DNA of 64,000 nucleotides, from assembly GCA_964558645.1 (NCBI GenBank), contig CAZLEV010000007.1:104254-168253 (forward strand), given 5' to 3'. Position numbers and translations under genes: made by a program. Source of the DNA: an uncultured archaeon (GTDB lineage Archaea; Asgardarchaeota; Thorarchaeia; Thorarchaeales; Thorarchaeaceae). This document shows, in pieces, positions 30,520 through 40,704 of the stretch (within the stretch, counting starts at the first letter, position 1; the number at the start of each line of letters is the position of its first letter). The notes beneath the pieces were generated by a model. It was not told where the DNA came from and ran no database searches. It saw only the letters and a program-made list of their open reading frames with translations.

Positions 30520-31275
30520 ATGGAATCAGAAACGCCGCTGTCTGAATCTGAATTGACGAGATACGATCGACAAATCATGGTTGATGATTGGGGACGGAAA
30601 GGGCAAGGGAGATTGAAGGACTCGACAGTTCTCATAGCAGGCGCGGGCGGCCTAGGGTGTCCTGCTGCTCTATACTTGACCGCCGCAGGTATCGGGAAGA
30701 TTGTGCTCGTAGATAAAGATGAGTTTGAGCTAAGCAATCTCAATCGGCAGGTTCTTGCTTGGGAGCAGGATATCGGCCAGCCCAAGGCCGCATCTGTGGC
30801 CGAGAAACTTCGGGCATTGAACTCACATGTTGAGGTCGATGCAAGGATTGCGGAGATTACCGAAGAGAATGTGAGTGGTATACTCAACGGTTCAACTGTG
30901 GTGGTTGATGCCATGGACAACTGGGCTACTCGGTTCCTTTTGAATCAGGAGTGTGTCAAGCAACGAATCCCATTTGTGCATGCGGGCATCCATGGCCTCT
31001 ATGGACAGGTAACGACCATAATCCCTGGAAAGGGACCCTGTCTTCGATGCATTTTGTCAGAGGATCCAAAAGAAGTAGCAACGTTCCCTGTAATTGGTGC
31101 AACACCTGGACTGTTTGCTATGCTGCAGGTAATGGAAGTTCTAAAGATCATTGTTGGGTTTGGCGAAACATTGGTTGGAAAGATGCTGCTATTCGATGGC
31201 GAACGAATGGATTGCATGTCCACAGAGGTGAGTCATAGAAAAGACTGTCCAGTCTGTTCACACCTCTGGGCGTGA
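30520..31275 (+). CDS. MoeB/ThiF/UbaA E1-like adenylyltransferase
   Basis: RYDRQ, GAGGLG, SNLNRQ, CLRC and CPVC. Confidence 0.92.
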   Translation: MESETPLSESELTRYDRQIMVDDWGRKGQGRLKDSTVLIAGAGGLGCPAALYLTAAGIGKIVLVDKDEFELSNLNRQVLAWEQDIGQPKAASVAEKLRALNSHVEVDARIAEITEENVSGILNGSTVVVDAMDNWATRFLLNQECVKQRIPFVHAGIHGLYGQVTTIIPGKGPCLRCILSEDPKEVATFPVIGATPGLFAMLQVMEVLKIIVGFGETLVGKMLLFDGERMDCMSTEVSHRKDCPVCSHLWA

Positions 31276-31446
31276 TACCAACCGTGGTCTTGCTGCTGCA
31301 ACACGTATCAACAAAGCCATCATCAATGATTCAGGATTTGGCATCTTTGGATGGTATGAAATTAGTTAGTTTCGATTCAGGCGAAGAAAAAGAGTAGTGG
31401 GGCAGGGAGAAGAATCTACTCCGAAGCCCCAACTGACTGCGATAGT

Positions 31447-32781
31447 CTATATCTCTGGTGCTACCTTCTTGAAGACTTCGAGGTGGGTCTCGATGTCCTC
31501 CTTTGTGTGCTGAACCGATATCAGCCATTCCTCATCAGCGCCACAGGCCATGGCAATGACTCCCTCATTGAGCATGGTCATCCAGTAGTCCATTGTTCGC
31601 TCTTTGTCCACCTTCATCCAAGACCTATAATCTGTGACTGGTTCAGTGGTGAAGAGAATGCCTCCAACAGCATTGATGCCTTGGACAATCGCATCCATCT
31701 TGTGGTCGTTGATGATGTCCTCGTATCCCTTCATGAGCTCGTTACCCAGCTCCGCAACATGCTTGTATGCAGAGTCTGTCAATATCTCTGTCAGAGTGAT
31801 CTTGGCTGCCTTGATTGACATAGGGTTGGCCGAGAATGTTCCAAAAAGACCCTCGTGACCAATTCCATCCATTATTTCTGCCTTCCCACCACAGGCTCCG
31901 ATAGGCATACCCCCGCCAATCGCTTTCGCCAATGAGACCATGTCCGGCTCAACTCCGAAGAATTCGGTTGCACCGCCGCGTGCAAGCTTAACGCCGGTCT
32001 TGACCTCATCAAAAATCAGGACGATGTTATGTTCATTGGTTATCTTCCTGAGCTCTTTGAGGTAGTCCTTCTGAGGAGGTATAACACCTGCGTTCATCAT
32101 TGTGGGTTCGACGATGAGTGCTGCAACTTCGCCCAAGTTCTCTTCAAGCAGTTCATTCAAAGTTTCAGTATCATTGAACGGAGTAATGATAGTGTCTTTG
32201 ATGGTTCCATCTGTGATTCCCTGACCGTAGGGTACCTTCGCAGGACGTCGGCGCGGTCCATACTCGCCTTTGCCGGGTCTCTTACTGATGTGAAGCGAAT
32301 CCATCACTCCATGGTATGCTCCCTCGATTTTCACAATCTTGTCCTTGCCAGTGTATCTTCTGGCGAGTCGAATTGCGTAGAGGGTTGCCTCAGAACCTGA
32401 ATTTACAAATCTGAGCTTCTCGATGGGTGTAAACCTCGAGGCTAGTTCCTTTGCTGTATCGACTATGTCTTCATGGGGAAAGCCGTACATAGTTCCGTAC
32501 TTGAGCTGCTCTTCTAGGCCTTCAATGATCTTTGGGTGTCTGTGTCCAACCATCAGGACGCCCCAACACAGGTTGAAGTCTAGATACTCGTTATCATCAA
32601 GGTCCCAGACTCTTCCGCCTTCGCCTTTCTTGACCGCCATGGGATACGGTGCAAAATCTGGTGCAGAACCACCGATGCCACCGGGCAGGAGTTTGATCGA
32701 TTCGTCAAAGAGCGCCTTGGACTTGCCTGTCTTCTCTCTGTATCGATTCTTCGTTTCTTCAAAGTGTTCCTTCTTTGCCAA
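31447..32781 (-). CDS. Class III PLP aminotransferase, glutamate-1-semialdehyde aminomutase-like
   Basis: NSGSEAT, YHG, FDEVKTG, AKAIGGGMP and GTFSANP. Confidence 0.85.
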   Translation of the reverse strand: MAKKEHFEETKNRYREKTGKSKALFDESIKLLPGGIGGSAPDFAPYPMAVKKGEGGRVWDLDDNEYLDFNLCWGVLMVGHRHPKIIEGLEEQLKYGTMYGFPHEDIVDTAKELASRFTPIEKLRFVNSGSEATLYAIRLARRYTGKDKIVKIEGAYHGVMDSLHISKRPGKGEYGPRRRPAKVPYGQGITDGTIKDTIITPFNDTETLNELLEENLGEVAALIVEPTMMNAGVIPPQKDYLKELRKITNEHNIVLIFDEVKTGVKLARGGATEFFGVEPDMVSLAKAIGGGMPIGACGGKAEIMDGIGHEGLFGTFSANPMSIKAAKITLTEILTDSAYKHVAELGNELMKGYEDIINDHKMDAIVQGINAVGGILFTTEPVTDYRSWMKVDKERTMDYWMTMLNEGVIAMACGADEEWLISVQHTKEDIETHLEVFKKVAPEI

Positions 32782-33087
32782 CTTAAATCGCCTACTTCAT
32801 TCCCTCTCTTGGAAGTGAATGAGAATGTGTCATGTACTTCTAAACAGGACCTGCTTCTTTATATTCGTTATGAAGCCACAAAAACAAGGTTGAATCTGGA
32901 TGGATTTCAAAGAAGGTCTGCAAGATGGAATGCATTGCAAAAGATGGTACCTTGGTTTGCATCTAGCCGCCTCGACCGCAAGTTGCTTATTGCACCGTGA
33001 CTATCTTAGATATGCTAGGAATGCAGGTCGGCTGAGTGGCTTCGACAACGGCCTTCCTCTTCCAAGAGATAGAATGACAGACAGGTC

Positions 33088-34353
33088 TTGACCATGAGAC
33101 GACACCTTGAGAATCTGCCCACGTCTGGAATTGGATTGCTTCTTGCAATTGCCGAAGACAATGAAACAATCAGTCTTGGTATGGGAGAACCCAGCTTTGA
33201 TACGCCGCGCCACATCATCGAGGCGGCTCATGAGGCGCTCAGGGCTGGCAAGACACACTACTCACCTGACTACGGAATTATGGACCTCCGAGAGGCGATT
33301 GCAGAGAAGATTCGTGTTGACTCAGGAGTTGACCTCAGTCCAGAACATGAAGTCATCGTATCAGCAGGAACGTCACCGGCAGTGTTTAACGCTATGATGT
33401 CTCTTGTTGACAGTGGGGAGGAGGTGGTTATTCCGACTCCCTCCTATTTCGCATACGACTACATCACCAGAATAATCGGCGCGAAGCCAGTCTTTGTACC
33501 ATCATATGAAAAGAACGGATTCATTCCTACTCCTGATGACTTGGTTGAGTGCATCAGTCCAGAATCAAAGATGCTGGTGATCTGCTCGCCAAGCAACCCG
33601 ACAGGTGCCGTCTGGACGATGGAGAGCCTTAGAGCGGCAGCAGACTTAGCTGAAGACCATGACCTAGTCGTTCTCTCTGACGAACTCTACCAGCGAATCG
33701 TTTTTGATGACGTGAAGGCACAGAGCATCGCTGGCGTAGGCAGTATGGCAGAAAGGACCCTTGTCCTCAACGGTCTTAGCAAGAGTCATGCTATGACCGG
33801 CTTCAGGGTTGGGTGGATTGCCGGCCCCAGAAACCTACTTGAAGGCTTCAAGAAGCTACACGAGTACAACGCAATCTGCGCACCCATCGTCTCACAGCAC
33901 GCTGCTCTGGCAGCACTAACTGGTCCAGACGACCGGGTCCAAGAGATGGTCGCTGAGTACGCTCGTCGCAGGAAGCTCCTCGTCGACCGCTTGAACAATG
34001 AGGTTCCACTTGTCAGTGTGCAACCTCCCAAGGGGAGCTTCTTCATGTTTCCCAATGTCCGAGATCTTGTCGAAGCGCATCACGATGACATGGTTGAATA
34101 CCTGCGAGGGGCCGAGGGTGAGCGTTACTTGAAAGGTCTACCCTCGTCTCTGTTCAGACCCGAGGACCTAGAGCAGTCGGACTCGCTTGCGGTTATGCTG
34201 TACCTATATGCTAAGGGACGCGTGGTTACGGCATCAGGTACGCTCTTTGGCAAATCTGGCGAGGGATTCCTGCGTCTATCTTTTGCGCAGAATGCCGAGG
34301 TCATCAATGAGGGATTGGACAGGATAATTCGTTCTCTGCAACAGTGGGAGTAA
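33088..34353 (+). CDS. Class I/II PLP aminotransferase
   Basis: GEPSF, SPSNPTG, SDELY and GLSKSHAMTGFRVG. Confidence 0.9.
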   Translation: MTMRRHLENLPTSGIGLLLAIAEDNETISLGMGEPSFDTPRHIIEAAHEALRAGKTHYSPDYGIMDLREAIAEKIRVDSGVDLSPEHEVIVSAGTSPAVFNAMMSLVDSGEEVVIPTPSYFAYDYITRIIGAKPVFVPSYEKNGFIPTPDDLVECISPESKMLVICSPSNPTGAVWTMESLRAAADLAEDHDLVVLSDELYQRIVFDDVKAQSIAGVGSMAERTLVLNGLSKSHAMTGFRVGWIAGPRNLLEGFKKLHEYNAICAPIVSQHAALAALTGPDDRVQEMVAEYARRRKLLVDRLNNEVPLVSVQPPKGSFFMFPNVRDLVEAHHDDMVEYLRGAEGERYLKGLPSSLFRPEDLEQSDSLAVMLYLYAKGRVVTASGTLFGKSGEGFLRLSFAQNAEVINEGLDRIIRSLQQWE

Positions 34354-34433
34354 GCGACCCATTAGACAGAATCCTGAGCCCTGAAATGAACTGAGGCCTT
34401 GGAAAGACGTTAGCAGTTGCTCTTGTTCTTTGC

Positions 34434-37400
34434 CTAGCTCCGTTTTCTCATGATGAAGAGGATGGTTACCACCACAACGGCACCTATAGCTCCAACAATC
34501 AACGTGACAAGCAACAAATCAGAGTGAGGTGTTCCGGTCCCGGTCGTTGTTGTCCCACTAGTTGTAGTGCTGGTGATCGTTGTGCTTGTAGTCGTTGATG
34601 TGGTTGTGGTAGTTGTTGTTGTCAATTCTAGCACTGTTAGTGTAAAGGCTGCAGATGCGGCATTTCCACTTTCATCACTGACGGTCACATTTAATCCATA
34701 CTCACCGGGTGATAACACAGAAGTGTTTGTCAGTAGACCTTCGGAAGAGACTGCGAAATGGACTGTGTCATTGACGCTCCACGTAAGAGGGGATAGGTCA
34801 GTGGCTTGCAGCTGGTATGCGAATGCATCCGTTTCATTAATCTCCTGATTTGTCGGTGTCGTTGTCCAAGTTGGAGGGGTGCTATCCACAACGGATATCA
34901 CGATTGTTGCCTGAATGGTATTGCGGATGTAGTCAGAAGATCTAACCGTCAATTCGTAGTCATCGACAGTAAGTGGGATTACATTCGTGATGATACCACT
35001 GGGACTGACTGTGAAATTGGTCTGATCGTTTATCCACCAATCTCTTACTCCGACTGCTGAAGATGCCTTCAGCTGGATTGAGAATACATCACCCAGCTCT
35101 GAGGTTTGGTCCCAGGGTGTTTCGACCCACTTGAGAATGGGCTTCTGAACGAAGTAGGCAGATCCTGTGAGTGAGCCGGATGGAGCGTGATACCCTCCCA
35201 TTGCTAACCCTCCTGCTCCAACTTCTATGATGGTATTGAAATACTCGATATCTTCTGGGGTTCCCGCGCTTTCATTTGCAAGAAAATTTCCATCTAAGTC
35301 GACCCACAGGAAGTAGCCATCTCTATTGCCACCTGAGAAGCTGTAGCTCTCACCCGCAGCTGCCAATGTGCCGTCGTGAATCTGAACAATGGCTGCACAG
35401 TGGTCATTGAGGCTGCCACCATACGTGTAGTTCCATATGACGAAGCCTGTTCCATTTGTCCTCACCACAAATGCATCTCTATGAGTTTCTCCGACAGGAG
35501 TAATGTCGCCGGTCAAGGCAAAGCCGCCGTCAGACAGCTGAGCAACTCCTCGCGCAACGCTGACATCCACTCCATGGTACGAACGATTCCAGAGCTGAGC
35601 CCCATCCTCATCAATTCTCACGAGCCAAGCATCATTATTACAGGATGCACTGCCATTCGTATAACCTGCCAGCGCATAGCCTCCAGAAGCACATGATACG
35701 ATATCAAAGCCCTCGTCAGTGGCTGACTGGTATCCATATGTCTTGTTCCAGAGATGGTTTCCACCGGAATCAGTACGGATGAGCCAGGAGTCGGTCTTTC
35801 CTGACGACGCCTCATGGGTTGAACCGAGAACGAGAAAACCTCCATCATCGGTTTCCACCACGGAACGCCCTATGTCCGCCCCTGAGGCCACGAAGGTCTT
35901 GTTCCACAGGTGTTGTCCATATTGGTTGATTCTCAGTAGCCATACATCATCATCGGGTTGAACAAGAGTTGTAGCGTAACCCACCGCTGCGTATCCCCCG
36001 GTTGAACAACCAATCAGGTCCATCAGAGCATATCCATCGGGGTAGAGCTCCGCCCACTGTTGATCTCCTGAGGAGTTGTACTTGGCGAACCAAGGTGCAA
36101 CACTACCTTTTATGACTGGTTCGCTCCTACATCCAAAAACGAAACCCCCGTCAGGGTCCTCGACTATCCCCATTATTCTGGTGCGTTGGCCACTACTGAA
36201 CTTGAAGCTAGAATAGACCCAGTAGACCGAGATGGTCACTTCAGCTTGAATCCAGTGCCCATGAGCATCCTCAACTTCAATCTCAAGTCCATGCTGACCA
36301 ATTGGAAGCGATGTGGCATTCCGCAGGATGCCATTGGAATCCAGAGAAAAGTCTTCAGTGTTATTGACAGACCAGCTTAGAGGGCCATCAGTGGATGATG
36401 CGTTAATATCATAGTAGAGTCCTTGTCCCAGTTCCAGCTCTCTGTCTGTCGGCGCGGGATTCCACATGGGCTCAGAGAGCCTGTAGATGACAGTGTCCTG
36501 GTCCCCTACAGAAGGATTCACATACCCTGAGAGAGCATATCCACCATCACTTACCTCGATGACCTTGTCCGGCCTATCGTCACCGGGGAGATTTGTCTTT
36601 TCTGACCACCATACCTCACCCTCCGAGTCTGTGCGTACCAGCCAGATATCTTCTCCCGTTCCTGGAGCGTACCCCGCCAACATATAACCGCCGCCAGAAG
36701 CGGAGGCAATTGAGATGGCCATCTCGTTCCCTGCACCGCCGTAGGTCTTATTCCATATCAGGTTCCCGGCACTGTTGTATTTGAGAAGATACATGTCGTA
36801 CCCTCCCCCTCCCCAGCTAGCTGTGGTGCCGCACAAGGCATATCCCCCATCGGTGGAGTCTGTCAGACCGAAGCAGTATTCTATCTCGGGTCCGCCATGA
36901 GTCGAGTTCCATACATGATTCCCGCCTTCATCAATCTTCAAGAGATAGAAGTAGTTGCTTGTGGCATTCTGCATTGAAGCCGCAACCACATACCCATTTG
37001 CCCCGCCGAGGTCAAGCACATCACGGCCACCTAAGCTTTCGCCTTCGTCTATCTCTGCGTCCCAGGTCTGTACTCCGTTCAGATCAGTCTTGACAACATA
37101 GAGGGGGCCACCCATCGTGCCACTACCGACCAAGATGAATCCACCATCATCTGTTTCCGCGAGGGCTCTTGCTTCATAGTTCGATCTACCTGTATAATTC
37201 CTCATCCAATCTACATTTCCATCAGTATCAAATCTGACCAAATAGAAGTAGTTCCATGATCCGATTCTGACGTAACCACAGGTAGCATATCCCCCGCTGC
37301 TGACTTCTATCACGTCCCATGCCCTCTCTAGGCTTCCATTGTCAACCGTGGTATTCCAGAGCTCCGTGCCATTTGCATCAACCCGAAGCAAATAGAGGTC

Positions 37401-37688
37401 ATTGGCAGTCTGACCTGCAATCACGAATCCTCCGTCAGTGGTTTCAGCGATAGAATATCCCCGATCGTTAGCATTGTTGCCTGCAACATCATATATGAAG
37501 TTCCATATTGGATCGTTGGCCGATGCTTCAAAGCGATTCACGATATCCGGTTTCCCATCTGCGTTAGGTGTTATCTCAGATCTAACGCGATAGAATCCGA
37601 CTGAGATGATGGCACAAAGCAATACAGCTAGCAGAATGCGACTCCTTCTGGCGTGCAATGATTTCAACCAACCATTTTGGTCGGACAA
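34434..37688 (-). CDS. Surface protein: two beta-propeller repeat blocks, cadherin/Ig-like domains, Thr linker, TM
   Basis: Repeats of DGGYxxxG…WxxxxDxxGxxxWNKTYG; poly-Thr and C-terminal TM. Confidence 0.85.
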   Translation of the reverse strand: MSDQNGWLKSLHARRSRILLAVLLCAIISVGFYRVRSEITPNADGKPDIVNRFEASANDPIWNFIYDVAGNNANDRGYSIAETTDGGFVIAGQTANDLYLLRVDANGTELWNTTVDNGSLERAWDVIEVSSGGYATCGYVRIGSWNYFYLVRFDTDGNVDWMRNYTGRSNYEARALAETDDGGFILVGSGTMGGPLYVVKTDLNGVQTWDAEIDEGESLGGRDVLDLGGANGYVVAASMQNATSNYFYLLKIDEGGNHVWNSTHGGPEIEYCFGLTDSTDGGYALCGTTASWGGGGYDMYLLKYNSAGNLIWNKTYGGAGNEMAISIASASGGGYMLAGYAPGTGEDIWLVRTDSEGEVWWSEKTNLPGDDRPDKVIEVSDGGYALSGYVNPSVGDQDTVIYRLSEPMWNPAPTDRELELGQGLYYDINASSTDGPLSWSVNNTEDFSLDSNGILRNATSLPIGQHGLEIEVEDAHGHWIQAEVTISVYWVYSSFKFSSGQRTRIMGIVEDPDGGFVFGCRSEPVIKGSVAPWFAKYNSSGDQQWAELYPDGYALMDLIGCSTGGYAAVGYATTLVQPDDDVWLLRINQYGQHLWNKTFVASGADIGRSVVETDDGGFLVLGSTHEASSGKTDSWLIRTDSGGNHLWNKTYGYQSATDEGFDIVSCASGGYALAGYTNGSASCNNDAWLVRIDEDGAQLWNRSYHGVDVSVARGVAQLSDGGFALTGDITPVGETHRDAFVVRTNGTGFVIWNYTYGGSLNDHCAAIVQIHDGTLAAAGESYSFSGGNRDGYFLWVDLDGNFLANESAGTPEDIEYFNTIIEVGAGGLAMGGYHAPSGSLTGSAYFVQKPILKWVETPWDQTSELGDVFSIQLKASSAVGVRDWWINDQTNFTVSPSGIITNVIPLTVDDYELTVRSSDYIRNTIQATIVISVVDSTPPTWTTTPTNQEINETDAFAYQLQATDLSPLTWSVNDTVHFAVSSEGLLTNTSVLSPGEYGLNVTVSDESGNAASAAFTLTVLELTTTTTTTTSTTTSTTITSTTTSGTTTTGTGTPHSDLLLVTLIVGAIGAVVVVTILFIMRKRS

Positions 37689-37800
37689 ACCTCGTAAAAA
37701 GTTGTTCTATCTTGTGATGAACCGCTTGAACCTTAACCAAAAGCCAGTGAGTTCTTCTGTAGAAACTCGCGCAGTTATCCTGCATAGGTGCTGCTGGTGC

Positions 37801-38697
37801 CTAGGCTGCTACCAGGACGAGGACTACGCCCATGACACTCATGGCCGTAGCTGCATAGACACGCCGACTCACTCGTTCGTCAAGGGCGAGCATTGCCATC
37901 GGAGTGGCTGAGAGGGGTGCTGTTGCTACCAAGATTGACGTAACTGTTGCTCCAATAAACTTGATTGAGAACATTGCTAAGAACAGGCTCACTCCTATCC
38001 CGAGGACTCCTGTCAGCAGGAACCCAGCAGCATGCGTTCTACTCAGAGCCTTCACCTCTCTCGTCGTCCTAGGTAAGAGGGGAAGCATAATGATTGAAGC
38101 TGCGAGCACACGAACCAGATTTCCATCTACAGGATCCACGTCCATCAGACCAACTTGGATACTCACGTCGCCTATGGCCCAGAAGAGAACGGTAAGACCT
38201 GCAGCAAGCATTCCTAGTCTCTGGTTTCCGGACCCGTTTGAGTTAAGGGTTGGAACGGTGTTGGGTTCTTCGCGTCCAATGATTCCTACTCCAAGAACCA
38301 CTAGAACTGCACCAACGACGCGAGATATGAAGAAAGGCTCTTCTAAGAACAGATAGGCAATAACATACACAGCGAGTGGATAACTCATTACGAGAGGAAA
38401 GGCCCGACTCACTCCGAGATGTCTTTGACTCAGGAAATAGAGCGAGTCTCCAATGACAATTCCGATAATCATGGAGAAGGAAAGGACCAGCGCTGACCCT
38501 ATTGGTATCGCAAAACCGGACTGCCCAACGGGAAGCAGGAGCGCAAAGAGAGCCACTGGTAGACTGACCCAGATTCGTGATGCGGAGATGGTGGCTATTC
38601 CCACTCGAGTCCCATATCTCTTGTAAACGACGTTGGTCAGACCGAAGAGAAATGACGCGGCAACGGCGCACGCAACACCAATCCAGTACTCGCTCAT
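37801..38697 (-). CDS. DMT/EamA transporter
   Basis: About 10 TM helices; GDSLYF…GVSRA and two EamA halves. Confidence 0.85.
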   Translation of the reverse strand: MSEYWIGVACAVAASFLFGLTNVVYKRYGTRVGIATISASRIWVSLPVALFALLLPVGQSGFAIPIGSALVLSFSMIIGIVIGDSLYFLSQRHLGVSRAFPLVMSYPLAVYVIAYLFLEEPFFISRVVGAVLVVLGVGIIGREEPNTVPTLNSNGSGNQRLGMLAAGLTVLFWAIGDVSIQVGLMDVDPVDGNLVRVLAASIIMLPLLPRTTREVKALSRTHAAGFLLTGVLGIGVSLFLAMFSIKFIGATVTSILVATAPLSATPMAMLALDERVSRRVYAATAMSVMGVVLVLVAA

Positions 38698-38708
38698 TTT
38701 TTCTCTCT

Positions 38709-39731
38709 CTAGGGTGAGGTATTCTTCGCCACATCAACCAAGGCTTGTACGTTATCCTCGGGTGTTTCTAATGGTATGTCACAACCAGTACTGAGAATAT
38801 GTCCCCCTTCAACACTCTGCGCTTTCTTGATGCAGTCTGTGGCATGTTTCTTCACAGTTTCAGGCGTTCCTGTCAACATAATCGATGTGTCAACGTTTCC
38901 GATAAGTGTCGCCTTGCCTCTTGTGATGGACTTTGCCTCCCTCATGTCTACCACAGCATCAATACTCAATGCATCAGCTCCGGTTGCGAGCATGCTGCCC
39001 AGTATCCTCGCTGTGTCCCCACAGATGTGAAGCGTGGACAGCGATCCCATCGTCTTGATCTGTCGATTGAGCTTGATGAGCGACGGTACCGCGAAGGTGT
39101 CGAAGAACCTTGGAGAGATGATGCTTGTACTGGCAGTCGGCTCAAGTATGATGATATTGTGTGCACCTGCTTCAGCAAGAGCCTCCACATAGGGTATGAT
39201 AAGATTCCTGCATGATTCGGTAATAGACATCGCCCTATCCGGTTCCTCGATAGTCAGCTCCAAGAGTGAATCCACGCCCATAAGATGACCGGCAAGTGTG
39301 AATGGGCCGATAACATAGCTGCTAACTAGATGAGAGTTTCCCACGGCTTGTACGAGTCTTCTGGTTGTGTCCACAAAGACGCGCAGCCGAGACGTTTCGA
39401 TGTCAGGCATTCTCAACTTGTCGATCCCTCGTCCATCATGGTATGGATGGGTCTTCACATACGGAAAGCCATCTTCTTGAAAGACAGTTTTTGCGCCCAA
39501 GACTTCGGCCTCTACTGTGAGATCCATGCAGGTGATGACTCCGTCATACCCGAACCTTCTGAGTGCAGTAAGCTGCGCACTGGTCTGTTTCGCTGAATCG
39601 TGAACCAATTCGTTGAGACCGCTGTTGACTAGTTTGGCGGAGTAGAGACCCAGCAGAGGAAGTACAGGAGTTCTATCTGGACTCTGGTGTTTCAGTGCCT
39701 GGCTTACGATATCAATGGGCGACTTACTCAT
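38709..39731 (-). CDS. UroD/MtaA-family methylcobamide:thiol methyltransferase
   Basis: DLTVEAEVLG, GPFTLA, LHICG, IGNV and STGCDIP. Confidence 0.85.
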   Translation of the reverse strand: MSKSPIDIVSQALKHQSPDRTPVLPLLGLYSAKLVNSGLNELVHDSAKQTSAQLTALRRFGYDGVITCMDLTVEAEVLGAKTVFQEDGFPYVKTHPYHDGRGIDKLRMPDIETSRLRVFVDTTRRLVQAVGNSHLVSSYVIGPFTLAGHLMGVDSLLELTIEEPDRAMSITESCRNLIIPYVEALAEAGAHNIIILEPTASTSIISPRFFDTFAVPSLIKLNRQIKTMGSLSTLHICGDTARILGSMLATGADALSIDAVVDMREAKSITRGKATLIGNVDTSIMLTGTPETVKKHATDCIKKAQSVEGGHILSTGCDIPLETPEDNVQALVDVAKNTSP

Positions 39732-39869
39732 CGGCTTCTCCTCACGGTTCAGAGGCTCGTACTCTAGATGCTTGGATGAGTAACACAAAAATGTTCTTAT
39801 ATCCTACATGTTTCCGAACAACTACACGCCAAATTAGAATTCTTACAAGGCGCCTAAAAGTGAAGCGAA

Positions 39870-40511
39870 ATGTCAGAGAATGACGTCCTGCGAAAGCTCA
39901 TCGATTCCATTGTAGAAGGTGATAGGAAGTCCTCACCTGAATATACGGAAGAGCTGCTGGATCGAAACATGTCAGCATATGACATTGTGACCAAGGGCTG
40001 CTCTGTAGCGATGAAAGAGGTTGGAGACCTCTACCAGCAGGGTGAGTATTTTGTGCCCGAGATTCTGATGGCTGCAAAGGCTTTTGAAGCAGCGATGAGC
40101 ATTCTCGAGCCGTTGCTGAAGCAGCTCGATTCTAAGGCCAGTGGGACAGTAGTGATTGGTGTTTGTGAAGGTGACATCCACTCCATCGGCAAGAACCTCG
40201 TTGCAACCATGCTTGGGGCTGCCGGGTTCTCAATAATCGATTTAGGAAGTGATGTACCTGTCGAGAAATTCATTGAGGCTGCGATTGAGCATGATGCTGA
40301 TATCATCGCGGTGTCAGCTCTCATGACAACATCGATGCTAAAGATGAAAGAGATTGTTTCGGCACTGGAGAGCAGCAAGATTCGATCCAAGATTATGGTT
40401 GGCGGTGCGCCGGTGAGTCAGGACTACGCTGATAAGATAGGTGCTGACGGATATGGGAAAGATGCGATGGCCGCGGTGAGAAAGGCAATCGACCTGGTTG
40501 AAACCTCATAG
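39870..40511 (+). CDS. Methyltransferase corrinoid protein (MtaC/MtbC-like)
   Basis: EYFVPE, GDIHSIGKN, SALMTT and VGGAP. Confidence 0.92.
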   Translation: MSENDVLRKLIDSIVEGDRKSSPEYTEELLDRNMSAYDIVTKGCSVAMKEVGDLYQQGEYFVPEILMAAKAFEAAMSILEPLLKQLDSKASGTVVIGVCEGDIHSIGKNLVATMLGAAGFSIIDLGSDVPVEKFIEAAIEHDADIIAVSALMTTSMLKMKEIVSALESSKIRSKIMVGGAPVSQDYADKIGADGYGKDAMAAVRKAIDLVETS

Positions 40512-40704
40512 GAAGTGCCATCGAGTGTGCATTCAGAACCCCTGTGTCATGTTGGACCTATTTCGGAAATCTAGATTTGTTCGAGCCACTCGTCCTAGAG
40601 TCTAGAGCGGTAACAGCTTGGTAGTGGCCACTTGGAGGAGGAACTGCCCAGCAATCATCAGGCTCTTATGGATGTGGGGTCAAAAACATACGAGTTGAAA
40701 GCCA

